This document shows, one piece after another, positions 27,165 through 40,233 of a stretch of DNA of 64,000 bases (positions are counted from its first letter, which is position 1; every line of letters begins with the position of its first letter). Below the pieces are notes generated by a model, which searched no databases, had not been told where the DNA came from, and saw only the letters and a list, made by a program, of their open reading frames with translations. The stretch is from Bilabrum cf. latius (taxonomy: Eukaryota), in the NCBI GenBank assembly GCA_965178125.1, contig OZ237737.1:620001-684000 (forward strand). Direction: 5' to 3'. The translations under genes were made by a program, and so were the position numbers.

Positions 27165-28985
27165 ATGGCGGCTTCCAAACTCCCGATCGGATCTGCAGAC
27201 GTGGCGCACTTGTTTAGGTAGAGCATATCACATGGATTGAAAGACATCGGATTACTGTCGCCTGCAGGGCTTCAAGCTAGCAGGGCTAAGCTAGTCGGTG
27301 ATGGGCTAATGTTCGCGAACCAGGGCTCCTTGTACTTCGCACCATCCTTCGGTGAAAGCGGGTACAAATATGGTGAATCAACCGAGCTTCCGGCTTCCAA
27401 GGATAGTTTCACTTCACCACCTATGCAGCTAGAAGACAGCTTAGTCAGCTTCGCTGTGGGCGGCGGCAGCAAGCGCGAAGCAGAAGTGTGCAGCGTGGCT
27501 GGCAAGCCGTACGGCAAAGGGTTTCTGTACTGCAAAGGCCACGCAGATGGCAAAGTGTCAGTCGGTTTCGCCTCGGTGACTCATAGTGAGACTGTGCCCT
27601 CGGGAATCGAAGTGCTGTGGGAGGCTGCGGCATTTGTGCCAGAAGTCCGGTGCCAAGGCTGGTGCGGTGTTGACGTGGCCATTCGGCAATAGGAGGAAGG
27701 CATCGCCGTTCTGGTCGCGGCGGCTCACATCAACTCATCCCGTGGAGTAGTTGGGGTGGTGTCTGCACCGCCTGCAGCTGTAAGCGCGGCAACGGCTTCA
27801 GGCCCGCCGGCCTCAGGCTGCCCGTCAGCCACGCTGGAGTGGACTAGAGCCCTGCCCACGGCCACTTCAGCCGATGCGCTGTCTTGGGCCCAGGACCATA
27901 GTATTGCATCCAGCGATATGCTTTGTGTCGTGGATGGTGGCATGGTATATTCCTTCGCTGCATCGGACGCAGTTGGGCCGCTGCTGCCTCCATCGCGCCC
28001 TGGCGCGCCTCAGCCCGCGGTAGCGTCCTCCTCCTCCTCCTCGTCTGTGCCTGCGACTGTCAGCCCCTCCGCCTCCTCAAGTGCCTCTTCCGGTGGGGCT
28101 GCTGCTGCTGATGGGCCTGTTTTACTTGCGCTGGAGTCTCTGATGCGCCCTGCCGCGCTGGTCGGTGCAACAGCGGGAGCTGGTGACGCAGCGGAGTTGC
28201 CCGTCCTGAGCCCTGCTGCGGTGTCAGACGCGCGATCGTCCTCTGCCAAGAGCGGTGCCAGTGCTGCGCTTGACGTCAGGGCAATTGCAAGGGCGGGGAG
28301 CGCAGTAGTTGTAGCTGGGGCATCGAACTCCGTGTGCGCTGTGACCCACACAACTGATACTAGCAAGCCAGCCGCGGCTACCTCGGGCAGAATCTCTGGT
28401 CGGTGCATGGTGCCGGTCAAGCACGACGTGTTGGGGCTCGCGGCAACGAATGTTCCCTTGGAAGCAAGCGATGCCAAAGACGCGCCGCTACTCATGGTAT
28501 TTGCCGCCGGAGGCGACTACGAAGTCGTGTCGTCCGTTGTGCGAACGTGGGTGCAGAAGCAGCCAAAGAAGGGCGGGAAGGGTGGTAAGCGTGCCCGGCA
28601 ACAGAAGCCAGCTTCTGCCGCACCTACCGCATCGTCTGATCCAACTCCAAGTTCCGCGTCAGGTGCTGCCAGCAGCAGTGCTACGGCAGGCGGCAACGAC
28701 AGCACACATGCTGATGCTAGTGCTGGAGCGAGTGGCACTGAGAGTGCCACATCGGGCAGAAAGAAGGCGGTAGGAAGCGGCCCACCCGGTGGTTTGAAAG
28801 GAAGACTGACGTTAAAACAAGTCTCGGGGTTCAGAGTAGACGCAAGGATCGTGGGCATCGATGCAAGGGGCAGCCCGACAGGTGAGCGAGGCGTGGATTT
28901 GGCGGTTGTGACAGAAGCCGGAACGGTGTACCACGTGGCTCACGCGGAGAGAATGATTCCTAGCTGGTTGATTGCACAGGCGTGA
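27165..28985 (+). CDS. Hypothetical protein (~606 aa), beta-strand-rich, possibly a degenerate beta-propeller
   Basis: ORFs 27237..27692 and 27756..28985 join through TAG; an in-frame ATG lies at 27165 (alternative 27138). Ends at TGA. No family recognised. Confidence 0.65.
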
Positions 28986-29184
28986 TCGGATTGAGGGTAT
29001 TGCATCGTTATCGGTTCCATTCAGATCAGATCTGATTCAGATCGTTGACTACTGCTGCGCAGCCGGTTTTTCATCGCAGGGTCCACGACCACCAGCCAGG
29101 TCTTCTGTCCCATGTAGCACAGCTTCCTGCCAAATACACCCGCTTGGCTCTCGACGGATCCAAGCCGCATCCTGGCTAATTGGG

Positions 29185-32100
29185 TCACTCCGCCTTGCAC
29201 CCGCTCCATTCAAGCGACGCAAAGAGCGATTCACCTGTCTCCTCCCACGAGGCCTTGTCGATGTAGTCTCCAGACTCGGTCGATACGGCTCCTACCCCGG
29301 CGAGCACGCTGCCGCCCACGAGAGCATCGAACTGGCCGCATGGCCTCGGCTGTTCCTGCCACGCGCTCATCCAGCTGAGATCAGGGAACCGTCGCATCAT
29401 GCGAATGTGCCCCACCCGACCATGGCGGGGAGATTCATGCACCGACTGGAGCGCCTTGCGGGCAGCCTGGTGAAGCTCGCCCTAGGACACGACGGTGCAG
29501 GGCGAGTACTGGGGCGTGAACTCCTCGGCAAAATCATCAGCACCCATGCTAGTTCCTACAGAGGCATATGAGTACTGGCGGTCGCCCTCCACGTTCACCG
29601 CAGCCGCAGTGGTGAGTCGGAGCTCAGAGCACGCTGCTGCCAGCTCATCGCCCACACCATCAGTTGCATCCCTCCACGATAGCCGGCCTGCAGCCGCATC
29701 GGACCGGAGCTGCCCAGTGGAAGCCTCGGACAGACCAGGAAGAGACGCTAGACCTCCGCAAAACACACAGTCTGACAGCATCAGTCGCCGGATGGACGGT
29801 GGAAGGTGGGAACGCGTCACCTCTCCTGACCTCCTGCGTTTCTCCGTTGCCTCCAGATCCGCTGAATCGGGCACACCACAGTCGGAAGCTTCCACCATGC
29901 GGGCCAAGAGGCTTACTATACCACCGGAAGCTGTCGCTGCCTTCCCGGAAGCAGACAAGACAGTCTCCTGAAGCGCATCGTGCAGTGCATTGGTTGCCTC
30001 TGAGGCATACACCGCCCGCAAATGATCCTCCCCGGCGCCAGCTTCGCGGCCACCTTCAGGACGAAGCATGCAGCCACCTGTCGGCAGCAAGATGGCACCC
30101 GCTTTGTCGTCGTCGGCAGAATAGCCCTCATCTGCCAGATCAGGCAACCCCTCTGCGTCGAGCTTTTCCGTGAACATGCCGACAGCTCGACCTGCGAGCA
30201 CAGCCGACTCTCGCATGCACCGCGCAGCCCACAGTGCGTTGTAACCACTAGACCCCGACATATCAACCCCAGATTTCGGGGTTGTATTGAAACCCGCACC
30301 TTCGGCGCGATGCGTGCGCAGGTCCCACCACTGCGCCATGCGCCAATCGCCTGACCTCATCCTGGCCGCGAGGACTGCGTCGATCGCCGCGCCGCCAACC
30401 TCGCTCCGGACCACCGTCTTCAGAACCACCCGGCCGCCTTCCACTAGCCCGCAGCAGATGCCGCCATGGCTCGCCTCCACAGCGAACCCGTCCGATCGCC
30501 CCTGAGCAGCGAGTGACATCGCGAGTGAGGAGCGGTAGCACACTGAAGACGCGACGGACCCCTCGATCAGCCTCTCAGTGCATCTTGCCCTGTGCTTCGC
30601 TCCATCAGCGACGGCGGTAAGGGTGGCACCGCTCTCCACCACAAGCACGCTGGGTAGCTCCCCTGTCGCAGGAACACCTGCCCCTGCGCGAGTAATGCCT
30701 CGCCGGGCAAGCACCTCCCACCTGTCGTAGTCCAGCACTACACCGCCCTGCACCGGCCAGAACTGGTTCGAGCTGCTTTCCCTGTCGTCTACTGCTGCCC
30801 ATCGGTTGTACGCATTGCTTCCGATATACAGCTGCGCGCTCGAGGCATCCGCAAGGAAAGCAGATGCGCGACCAGTCTCTGATGCGGCGCTAGCAGAGCC
30901 CTCGTCACCCTCGCTGGGAGACTCAAACCCATCAGAATCGACGCAGCTTGCCCCAACAAACCCTGGCTGCCTAGATCCGGCGCGGCAAGACCTGGTGTGA
31001 AGGCTGCCAACGTCTAAAACGGCACAGCCGTACGCTTCTGAACCCGCAGCTACGTCGGGACGAGCACCTGTCGAGCCGCCCTCTGGCCCTCCATCATCTG
31101 CGATGCCACCAACTGCATCGTTGGAACCGGCTCCTGATGAAGGACTGTCTAGCACACTGCTGGCATCGTGTTGGCTGCGGAGCTTGGCGATTTGCGCCGC
31201 GAATGAGTTGCCGCTGCCCCCGCCCCCGTTCCCGCCAGCAGTCAGCTGCAGTGCCTGGGCCACGCGGAAAGAGTATCTTTTCTTGAGTCTCTGCCGCACG
31301 TCCTTTCCCCTGGCCGACTTAATGGCACTGGGGCTGGGCTTCAGTGGTGTCACAACGTCCCTAGATTCATCGCCTTCCTCGTCGTCGTCCTCATCTTCCT
31401 CGTCAGCTACAAGCGCGTCGAGGTCCAGCGACAGCCCCGCAGGTGTCTTTCCATCTGATCCTGGTTTGCTTTGACCTCCATCGACACGCACTTGAGAGGC
31501 CGCGGTGGGGGCCTCTCCGCCGCCCGGAGCGGACTGGCGCGGAGGCGGGCGCGGCTTCATGGAGGGGCGCTTGGGCCTGGGCGGATTGTCGCTGCTGGTG
31601 GACGACCCGGTTCCGGCAGCAGTCGACGAGGGCGGCATCGGCTTGGGTGGGGGCCCAGGGGCAACCACTGGGTTGTCCGCTGCTGCGAGTTGCTCCAGCG
31701 ACATGCCCTCTGGGATCGCATCGGGCGAGTCTCGGCGGCTGCTGGTTGTCTGGCCTGCCTCTGCCGGCGCCGATGACTCTGCAGCATCCTGCCTGTCATC
31801 GGAGGATATCGAAGATGGGGGTGATTCTGGATTGGAAGGCGCAGCCAACCCTGCGTCCATGCCACTGCCGCCTTTAGAAGCGCCGCTCTGGTCGCCTGAG
31901 CCATGGTACCCGCTCGCACGTTCAGGCACGTCAGCGACGTCCACGTCCTGCTGCATCTCCCTAAGCGCCGGTCGGTGGCCCAGGATGTCCTCCACGTCGG
32001 CATCTGCAGAGGCCCTTGCAGATGAGAAGAACACTCGTGGGGGTATGTCCAGCGCAGCAGACGCCCCCAGCAGCCCGCTGCCATGCCCAGACCGCCGGCC

Positions 32101-33165
32101 GGCAGTGATACGGTCCTTTTCTTTCTCTGCCTCGAGGGCGTCCTGCTCAGCCCGCTGCAGCAGCTCGAGAGAGGTCTCCTTGGTGACATCATCGGCCTCA
32201 ATCTCAGCGATCAGCGCCGCCACCTCCTCGGGAGACGGCTCATCGGCTGCCAGTAGTCGTTCTTGCGCATGGCCAGGTGGTACAGCATCAGCCTTGTGTG
32301 GACTCTCCTAGCCCTCTCCATCATCGCTGTCATCGTCCTCCTCGTCCACCAGCTGCGCACCCACGTCAGATAGATCGATGGCTTTGCCTGCTTTCGCCCC
32401 ATTTCCACGGCGAGATTGGCGCTCGGCGGCATGCTGGGTCCCCGCAGCGAGCATCTCCTCGATCGCGGAGCTCCGATGCTCGCCCTGAGCGACGGCGCCA
32501 AGCAGCGTGCCGTAGGCTGCGTCTTGGAGAGCTGCTCTCTCACGTCTTACCCACGACTACGTCGGGCGGAGGTAGCTCGGGGAGGCGCGCCCCGCGGGCG
32601 ACGCCCCTGGTCGCCTCTACGACGGTGACGAAGGCGAACCATGTCGGGGCGATTTGGCTGGGCTGCGGGAGGGGATACGTTTCGATGGAGTTTTCGATGG
32701 ACTACCACGGGCAGCCATACGCGCTGGTGCGTGCCGTTTTGCCACTCCTGATGCAGCGGCGCTCCTTAGCATCTTCTTCTAGTCGCGCAAGCTAGCGGTG
32801 GTCACTCGACGTAGCAGCTTTGCAGCCGCCTATCGCTTGTCCAGGGGAAGTCGATCGAATTTTGAACCATCTAGCGGCTTTAATGCATTATCAATGTATG
32901 CTTCAGAAAGCTTTTGGCGCGCCAGAGATTCACCTGCCTTTCGGCTACCTCGAGCGGACACCCTTCCTGCTTCTCGTGGAGATGCATCAGGGCGAGTGCA
33001 AGCCAAGCTACTTTCATCCGTGTCTTCAATGCTAGATTGCCCACGCCAATGTGACAGAATCCTGGCCGGGTCACCCCCTCGTAGCTTTAGATCTTCAGCT
33101 AGCGCTTCAACTTGAGACTCAAGCTGTGCGACCTTTCGATTTAGCCGCCTGTCTCGGGCCTACAT
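29185..33165 (-). CDS. Divergent actin-related protein with long N-terminal extension (~1326 aa)
   Basis: Actin-fold motifs AVLDVGSLHTRSC, LYIGSNA, WPVQGGVVLDYDRWE, SLAAQGRSDGFAVE, VFCGGLASLPGL and, only after read-through of TAG 29482, ALVGGSVLAG..YIDKASWEETG. The frame stays open (TAG only) back to ATG 33165. The start is uncertain because the second codon is TAG and could instead be a splice acceptor. Confidence 0.78.
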
Positions 33166-33209
33166 TCACACACAAAGGCGCACTTCGCAGAAAATTCACG
33201 TAGATTGTT

Positions 33210-34619
33210 ATGTTTGATCGCTTGGACCCGCCGATAGCAGCTGTCCTGGTGTGGGGTGGCCCGAATCCGATGGCTGGCGGTCGCACATCCGGAGCCGGCG
33301 GTGGCAATCGTGGTCGCTGCGCCCCCGCACACAGCAGTGCGTCAATGGACAAGAAAGCGCAGAGGAAAGCCCGAAAGCAAGAACGACAAGCAAAGAAGAG
33401 AGCCGAGCAATCCATATCGCTCGGTCGCAAAGGGTCAGGCGGAGATAGCGCAGGCCAACATGCCTCAGTGTCGTTGCAAGACCAGCTTGCGCCAGCATCT
33501 GCAAGAAGCCAGTATGACGATATAGAATCAACAACTACTGGTGGTCATCATCCACTTGTTGCTGGAATGGCGGCATCTACAGCCAAAGCTCTTGCCGAAC
33601 CTCACTTGCGGGAGGGTGGACCATATGACTTCGTCTCAAGGCAAAAGTTGTTGAGATTGCAGAGCCAGTTCAGTCAGTGCCTAGCGTCTGAGGTAGAAAT
33701 AGTATATCGTCGGGCCATGGGGATCGAAGAGATCGCGAGAGCTGCCCTTGCGAGGGAATTCGGCGCCCCTGTCGCTTAGCAGCCTGCTCTCGATGCAGGT
33801 GCAGGTGAGCGGCCAAAAACAATAGCAATCGGAGCACGTCCCCGAATTGATGCATCTAGTACGCATGGCAGCTATTCAGCTAGCCCGTCTGCGAGTGTGG
33901 CTCGCGGCGGTGGATCTGCAGCTGCCCCTCGTCTCTCACCTAGTGAGCAAGCCGAGTGCGCGGCTCTCGCCAGAGATCTCGAGTGGATGAACACAGGAGA
34001 GGGGGTTAGAGAGCTCTTCAAGCGAGAGAGAGCCACTGCAGCGTCCATGTCTACCGCAATTCGTGTCGCTGCTCAGCGGGCTGGGACTGGGTACGACCCC
34101 AAGCTGCCCCAGATGGTGAAAGTGCGGGATACCGAGCAATCAAGGGCGGCTAGCAGGATATTCGCTGCTCGAAATGAGACGTTGCTGGACGTATTGGGTG
34201 GGGCGGTGCCGCCGCAAGCCTTCGCCGGGTTGCCATCAGAATCTCTATCCCGATCGGGAGGGCGAACCGATAGCGCCGAGGTGGAGACGGTGAGGATGAC
34301 GAGGGCAGCGGGGATGGGCGCACTTCCAGTGGACATGCACGGCCTGCTACCAAAGGAAGCAGGGCATGTTTTGATGTGGTTGCTAGATACAATCAGGGCA
34401 GCCACGTCAGCCGGGGGGCCAGCAACAGCCGGCCCAGGTAGCGGGGAGGTGAAGTGGCTTGCCTGCGTCGTAGGAACGGGGCACCATTCAGAGCTAGGGA
34501 AAGAAGGCGGGTCGCTGGCACCTGCGGTACGGGACTGTTTGGAGAGCAGGAATGAGGCATTCTGTGAGCCTAGAGCAGTGGATGGCAAGCGAGGAGGGGC
34601 TCTTATGGTGCGGCTGTGA
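33210..34619 (+). CDS. Smr-domain protein (DUF1771-like segment + Smr/MutS2 C-terminal nuclease domain)
   Basis: C-terminal VDMHGL..EA, VVGTGHHS, L.PAVRDCL and GALMVRL form the Smr pattern; AASRIFAARN precedes it. The two ORFs join through TAG 33777. Start is 33210 or 33270. Ends at TGA. Confidence 0.82.
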
Positions 34620-34700
34620 GAGAGAGCTGTGCACGCACTGCAAATATGCACACCCGGAATCCGGTTCATTGTTCAAGTTACGGTATACCCTTCCATCATA

Positions 34701-37700
34701 TTACCCCAATGGCAAACTAAACCCAGCAGACCCGTCCGATCCCACCGGCTTTCCACCCGCCCGCATGGGGCTGAGCAGCGTCGAGTGCCTTCCGCTGAGA
34801 CCCACCGCAGATGGCCTCGCGATCATGGTGTGCGACCGGCTGTGCTTCAATCGAGTCCCGCCTGAGGCGGGCGGCTACGCTACGGGCTGTCCCTGTGCTG
34901 CAGCATGAAGGTTCGTCATTGACATGCCAGACACTGACAGTCCAGATCGCCTCCCGCCACGATCTCCGCTGCCAACCACAGCAGTACCGTGATGGACTAG
35001 AGTGAGTGAAGCTGGCGCAACCCCCTGATCGAGCCTGATGCCAGCCTGCAACCCCTGACGAGTTGATCCGCTGGAATATAGCTAGGTCCCTGGGCTGGCC
35101 CGAGAGGCGCCGCCCATGCCGAATACCGCGTGGTCCACCGGTGTGCCTGCCCCCTTCTCGTTCGTGTCTCCATTTTTAGCCGGCGGCTCCATACCTCTGC
35201 TGTTCCTAGCTGTATGGCTGCCGAAAACGTGAGCTAATCCCCGTTGACTTAGCTTCGATGGTGCATGTGTGGTAACGTGCGATTCAGGCTAAAGACGTTG
35301 AGCTTGAGCTTCACCAGCACCACTGGCAGGTCTGCTTTGCAACGTTCGTGGCATATCAACTGCTTTTGTAGGCGAGAGCTGGGAGGGTACTTGCTTGCTC
35401 CATTGCTCGCCATGGTCTTTTTGCATCTGCTTTGACCTGGACAGCTTGAATGGTTTTGCACTCTGCTTGCGGGCCATAGATGGCGATAGGCCGGGGGTGC
35501 TTGCAGCGGGCTTAGCCTTGCCCTTACTTTTGGGTATGCCAGGTACACCTCGGCGAGGAGAACGGGACCGCACTGTTCCGCTGGATCGACCGCCATGCAA
35601 AGTTGATCTATCCCTCGTCTTGGCCGACACACCCAGTGTCTCCTTGAACAAAGGACGAGGAGACCGCGAGCCTTTTGCGGGAGGCCTCATTGAGCTTACT
35701 GCTGGCTCCTTGGATGGGCCACTCTCTAGAGTCGCTCGCGCGGGAGCCCTTCGAGCACCCTACTGCTTCTCTATGGTTGCCAGCCTGGGTCTCAGGCGCT
35801 GGATGCCACTCAAGTTCTTGGTCCGCTCTGCGGCTTTCCTGCTGGCAATCGTGGCTATGGCCTCCTCTGCTTTTTTGATGAGCCCACTGTCCTTCTGCTT
35901 CGACTCTCTGAAGCTCTGCAGTCGCCGCATGGCTGCGCCTGGCTTGATGAGCTCGTTGAAGGCCTATCTTGCCGACTCGCCCGGACTTGGCCGCGATCGA
36001 GCGTGTGCCAACGCGGAGTGCACAGGTGATCGACTAATTTCCCGGGCTCTGTCCGCAGCCCCGCCATGGAATCGTGAGGTAGCCTTGCCAGTTGCAGGGG
36101 CTCGCAACGGAGAGGCAGCGGCGGGTGACACACCACTAGAAGCCCCGGGTGCGGCCATCGCGTCGCCATCTCCAGCCGCGAGGCCGCTCGAGCCCATATC
36201 AAGTGTGGCCAGGCCGCTCGGCAGCGGCGAATCAGTGGCAGGCGACTTGAACACGTTGAGGACAAGCGTGAAGCCTCGATAGCCAGCCCGCCGGAGCGTA
36301 GGCTCATGGAAGTCAGCAAGTACCGGCATCCCGCTGGGTGCGAACGGCAGCTCAGGCAACGGACCAGTTGCACGAGCAATCGAAAGCTACAGATGATCGT
36401 CAACGACTAAGCGCTTGGGTGCTTTCTTCGCTGTTGCACCCTAGCCCTAGGCCTATCCCGGCGTTTCTGGCGAATTCACGGCCTGCGGCAATTCTGCCAA
36501 GGCGCCCAGCAAAGACTGGGCGCGCATGATTGGAGACAGTCCAAGAGCGCCCTGCCAGGGCCGCTGCTCTTCGGCTTCTGATGTGGCGGGGCGACCCGCC
36601 TCAGACCCCTGAGATTCAGCTGGAGCTGTGGGCACATCACAATCAGTTGCCTTTGGGCCATCGACATCAGCCGTCTGGCTACCCTTCCCTTTCCGGCGCG
36701 AAGACAGCGCGGCGAACTTCTTGTGGCCAGAGAGAAGGAGCGGCCGCTCCAGCCTATCCCACACGAGCCGCCTGCCGAGCACGTCACAGTGTGAAGCTTC
36801 GTCAACCGGAGGGGATGCCTTCGACAGCTTCTCAGCGTCAAGCCACCAGATATTCTCATCGTCCGAGGCGTGGCCATACATGACATCACTGTCGTTGTCG
36901 GACACCACGATGCCGTCATCCACATCCTCTGCGTCCTCGTCGCTGCTGTCTGCCGCGGCTGCGGACCCTGCCCTGGCGGCAGCGGCTTTGGAAGCGACAG
37001 CAGCGGCCTTTTTGGTCGTAGTGGTCGCAGCGTCGGCATCAGGAGCCGACACTGCGGGGAACCACGGATCAGCCACGATAGTCACGAGTCGGTCCACCAT
37101 GACGTCGACCTGCCTCTTGTGCCAAGCGTTCTGGTAGGTCAGCGAGGGGTTCGTGTTGACCTCAATGAGCCACACGTTCATGTTGGAGTCCACCATGAAG
37201 TCGTACCCTAGCAGTTCAAAGCGCTGCCTGCTCGAACTTGCAGGCTTGAGGCCGAATCCCCACTCCTTGCAGCCCGCAGCGTACGCTGGACTCGGTCTGT
37301 TCACGTGCAGCGCCCTGAACGTGTCACGTACCAGCTCGCACATGCGGTCCCACACGCCGCCTCGCCCCCACAGCAGCACCATTCCCAGCCTCTTTTCATC
37401 TGCGCTGCAATCCCTTGGCAGCTTGCCCGAGATTGGCTCTGAAGTGGCGTTGGCAGCAAGGTCGGCTCTGGCTCGATCCGTGCCGCCCTTCTCACGAAGG
37501 GGCAATCCATCCGTGCTGAGCCCACGCTAGATCCACCACGCTTCCATCAATACTTTTAGCCTCGCTTCGTCCCATGGTTCCTTTGGTGCGGCGCGGCCAG
37601 TGCTCCCAGGCGTGCCGGCTCCACTAGCGGCAGGCATGGATGGTTCGCTATCAGCATCACTAGCGGCAGAAGTACCGCCAACCCCAACATCGCCGGTCTA

Positions 37701-38663
37701 ATCGCCTTTCTCCCCTGTCCCTGGCCCTCCTCCTCCCAAACCCCGGGTGCCCCCACTAGCAACCTGCGACCAGAAGGCGCTGCCCAGGCATGCCGCGAGG
37801 TCATCCATGCTCGCGGTGTTGCCCTCCTCGTGCTCGCCCAGCCGAGGGTTGTGCACCTGCTGGCAGTAGTTGGTCAGATGCACCAATCGATCCGTGACGT
37901 CCATGCGGAAGCCCTCGCTGGAGGTGCGCAGGTAGGCCGGGCCGTACACGTAGACCGACCCATCGTCATCGATTGCCGTCCAAAGCCTCAGGTCGAATTT
38001 ACGACTGTCGTAGAGCATGGGGTTCTCGATGTACTTCTGTACAAGCCAGACCGGCATCTACCCCATGCTTGCCTTGTTTCCTTTCTTTGCAAGGAACGAC
38101 TCGATAGCACCGAATGTGTCTTCTACCTGAATGCCAATCCCGCGGTTGAGGGAGCTGGGCTTGATCAGCCACATGTTCTTGCAACCTTCCAAGGCAGCGT
38201 ATCGCTGGAATGCATCGGCAAAGTCTGCCCATCCCGCCCACGTCTGCGGCTCGGCCCGTTTCGGTAGCACGACAAATGTCGGCGGCACGGACAGGAAGCA
38301 ATCCTCACGGCGCTCCGTGTAGTACCTGTGCATGGCAGCAAACAGCTTGTCTTTCGAACACAATGGTGCAGTAGAGCCCAGGTGATTAGATGTCTGCCGG
38401 AGGCGAACTTGTACGTGCCGCCTCTTGAAATTCGAGCTTGCAGGCCAAAGCTTCCTAGCTGTCGCTTTCCACACCAGGTTCACCGCCAGGCTCGGTTTCG
38501 ATTCATCGTAACCCCTCTAGTCCTCCTTCTAACGTAATTCGCGCCAACCTCTCCACCACCGGCGCCGCAGCGCTTTTCTGATTGGTTTTGTATTGTTTCC
38601 GCCAAGGTAGGAGTGCCAAATTAGAGGCTTGCCAGCGGGAAGATGGAGCTCTTTCCGATCCAT
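34701..38663 (-). CDS. Tubulin-tyrosine ligase-like (TTLL) protein (~1320 aa)
   Basis: Motifs GGNN..IRKALRRRWW, WLIKPSSLNRGIGI, WLVQKYIENPMLYDSRKFDLRLW, YLRTSS, VHLTNYCQQ and FELLGYDFMVD..VWLIEVNTNP. A single frame from ATG 38663 with many TAGs ends at TAA 34701. Subfamily not resolved. Confidence 0.9.
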
Positions 38664-38849
38664 CCCCGCTCAAGCTAGCGAATTATCTATGTAAGTACGA
38701 TTTTCAACGGAGTACAAGCGAAATATTGGACAGGTACTTCCGTATACCCCTGTTTTTCTTTGCACGCCAAACGACACGGAAGGGTGCAGCCCACTGTACT
38801 GCCATCATGGTTGCGAGAGCGGCACATTGGGTCAAGTTTGAGTAGAAGT

Positions 38850-40011
38850 ATGCTTCCTAGATTCAAACGAATGACAGTTTCTAGTAAATTATTATTCGCA
38901 TTTGGTGTAGGAGCAATATCTCTCTTGGTTGCCTACGTTTTCTTCTTTAGAGGGTTTGAGATTGGCTCGCCGATCGGTCAGACACTTCGAACCGAGCCTA
39001 GGGTTGACATCAGACAGATATTGGCTGCTAGTTTACAGGCAGTGGAGCATGCGGGAAAGAAGTGAGACCTTTTGGAAGCGATAGAAAGTCTATGAACCAG
39101 TGCTTGCAAGGAACTCGGGCCGCTGGGACTGCCTCATCACTTGCTTGTTTGACCGCAGAGTAGTCTCAATTCGGGAGTCTGGATAGCTTGATACAAGGAG
39201 CAAAGGAACGCTGCAGCAGGGTGTGAATGACCCTGTGACAGAAGCGGACATGCAGTCCCACATCACGCTGATGTCTCACCTGAAGCCTCTGTTTCCCAAC
39301 GTGGAGCTGATTTCAGAGGAGCACGACAGCAGAGAGCTACCTAGCCCGGAAATTCCCATCAATCTGGGATACCTGGACGAAGACCTCCCAGTGAGCGGCA
39401 TGGTGAAGCCATCGGACGTGCAGGTCTGGCTGGATCCACTCGACGCGACGAAAGAGTACTCAGAGGGCCTCACTCAGTACGTGACAGTGCTCGCCTGCGT
39501 TGCCGTTCGCGGGGTGCCTGTCGCAGGCGTGGTGCACTACCCTTTCGAGAAGTACTCCATGTGGGCCTGGAAGGGGAGGGGGCTGAGCTTCCGGCCCGCA
39601 GAAGCCCCTGCGGCAGATGCCCCATGGAAGGTGATCGTGTCCCGGTCCCACGCGGGGGACATTAAGGACAACGCGGGGGCGCTCGGGGTATCGGATGACG
39701 GCGTCACTCCCGCTGGAGGCGCTGGTTTCAAGGTAGGCGAGGTTCTGGCGGGGAGGCAGGACGCCTACCTGCACAAGACGAGGATCAAGAAGTGGGACCT
39801 GTGCGCTGGCCACGCTCTGCTGAACGCGGCGGGGGGCAGCATGACGGATTGGCGGGGGAGAGACATAGACTACTCAGACAGCAGCAAGCCCTACGTCCGC
39901 GGTGGCGTGGTGGCGGCGCTGCACAGGCACGGCGAGATGGTAACCAAGCTGAGCAAGCTGGACATCGACGCGGTGGAGAGGGCGAACGCGGCTAGTGCGA
40001 GCAACAAGTAA
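38850..40011 (+). CDS. IMPAD1: Golgi-type 3'-phosphoadenosine 5'-phosphate phosphatase / inositol monophosphatase family (IMPAD1/BPNT2-like, ~354 aa)
   Basis: N-terminal signal anchor (LLFAFGVGAISLLVAYVFFF); 97-nt intron 39062-39158; motifs DPVTEAD, ISEEH, VWLDPLDATKEYSE, IVSRSHAG, AGGAGFK and IKKWDLCAGHA. One in-frame TAG in exon 2. Ends at TAA. Confidence 0.9.
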
Positions 40012-40233
40012 ATCTGGGCCAATCGTCAAACTATGTGTTGTGGGCTCAGAACGCACAAACTATTGAGTAACGTTTTTGACATTCACTTTTTTTGCAGCCC
40101 ACGTGCGACCACAGCCCGGAGCCAGAATTGCCGGCTAAGCCTGGTCGCTCAACGGAACCATGCAATTACAGATACGGTCTTGTGGCAACACACCCCGCGC
40201 AAACCAGTCAAAGTGCCCCATAATTGACTATAT

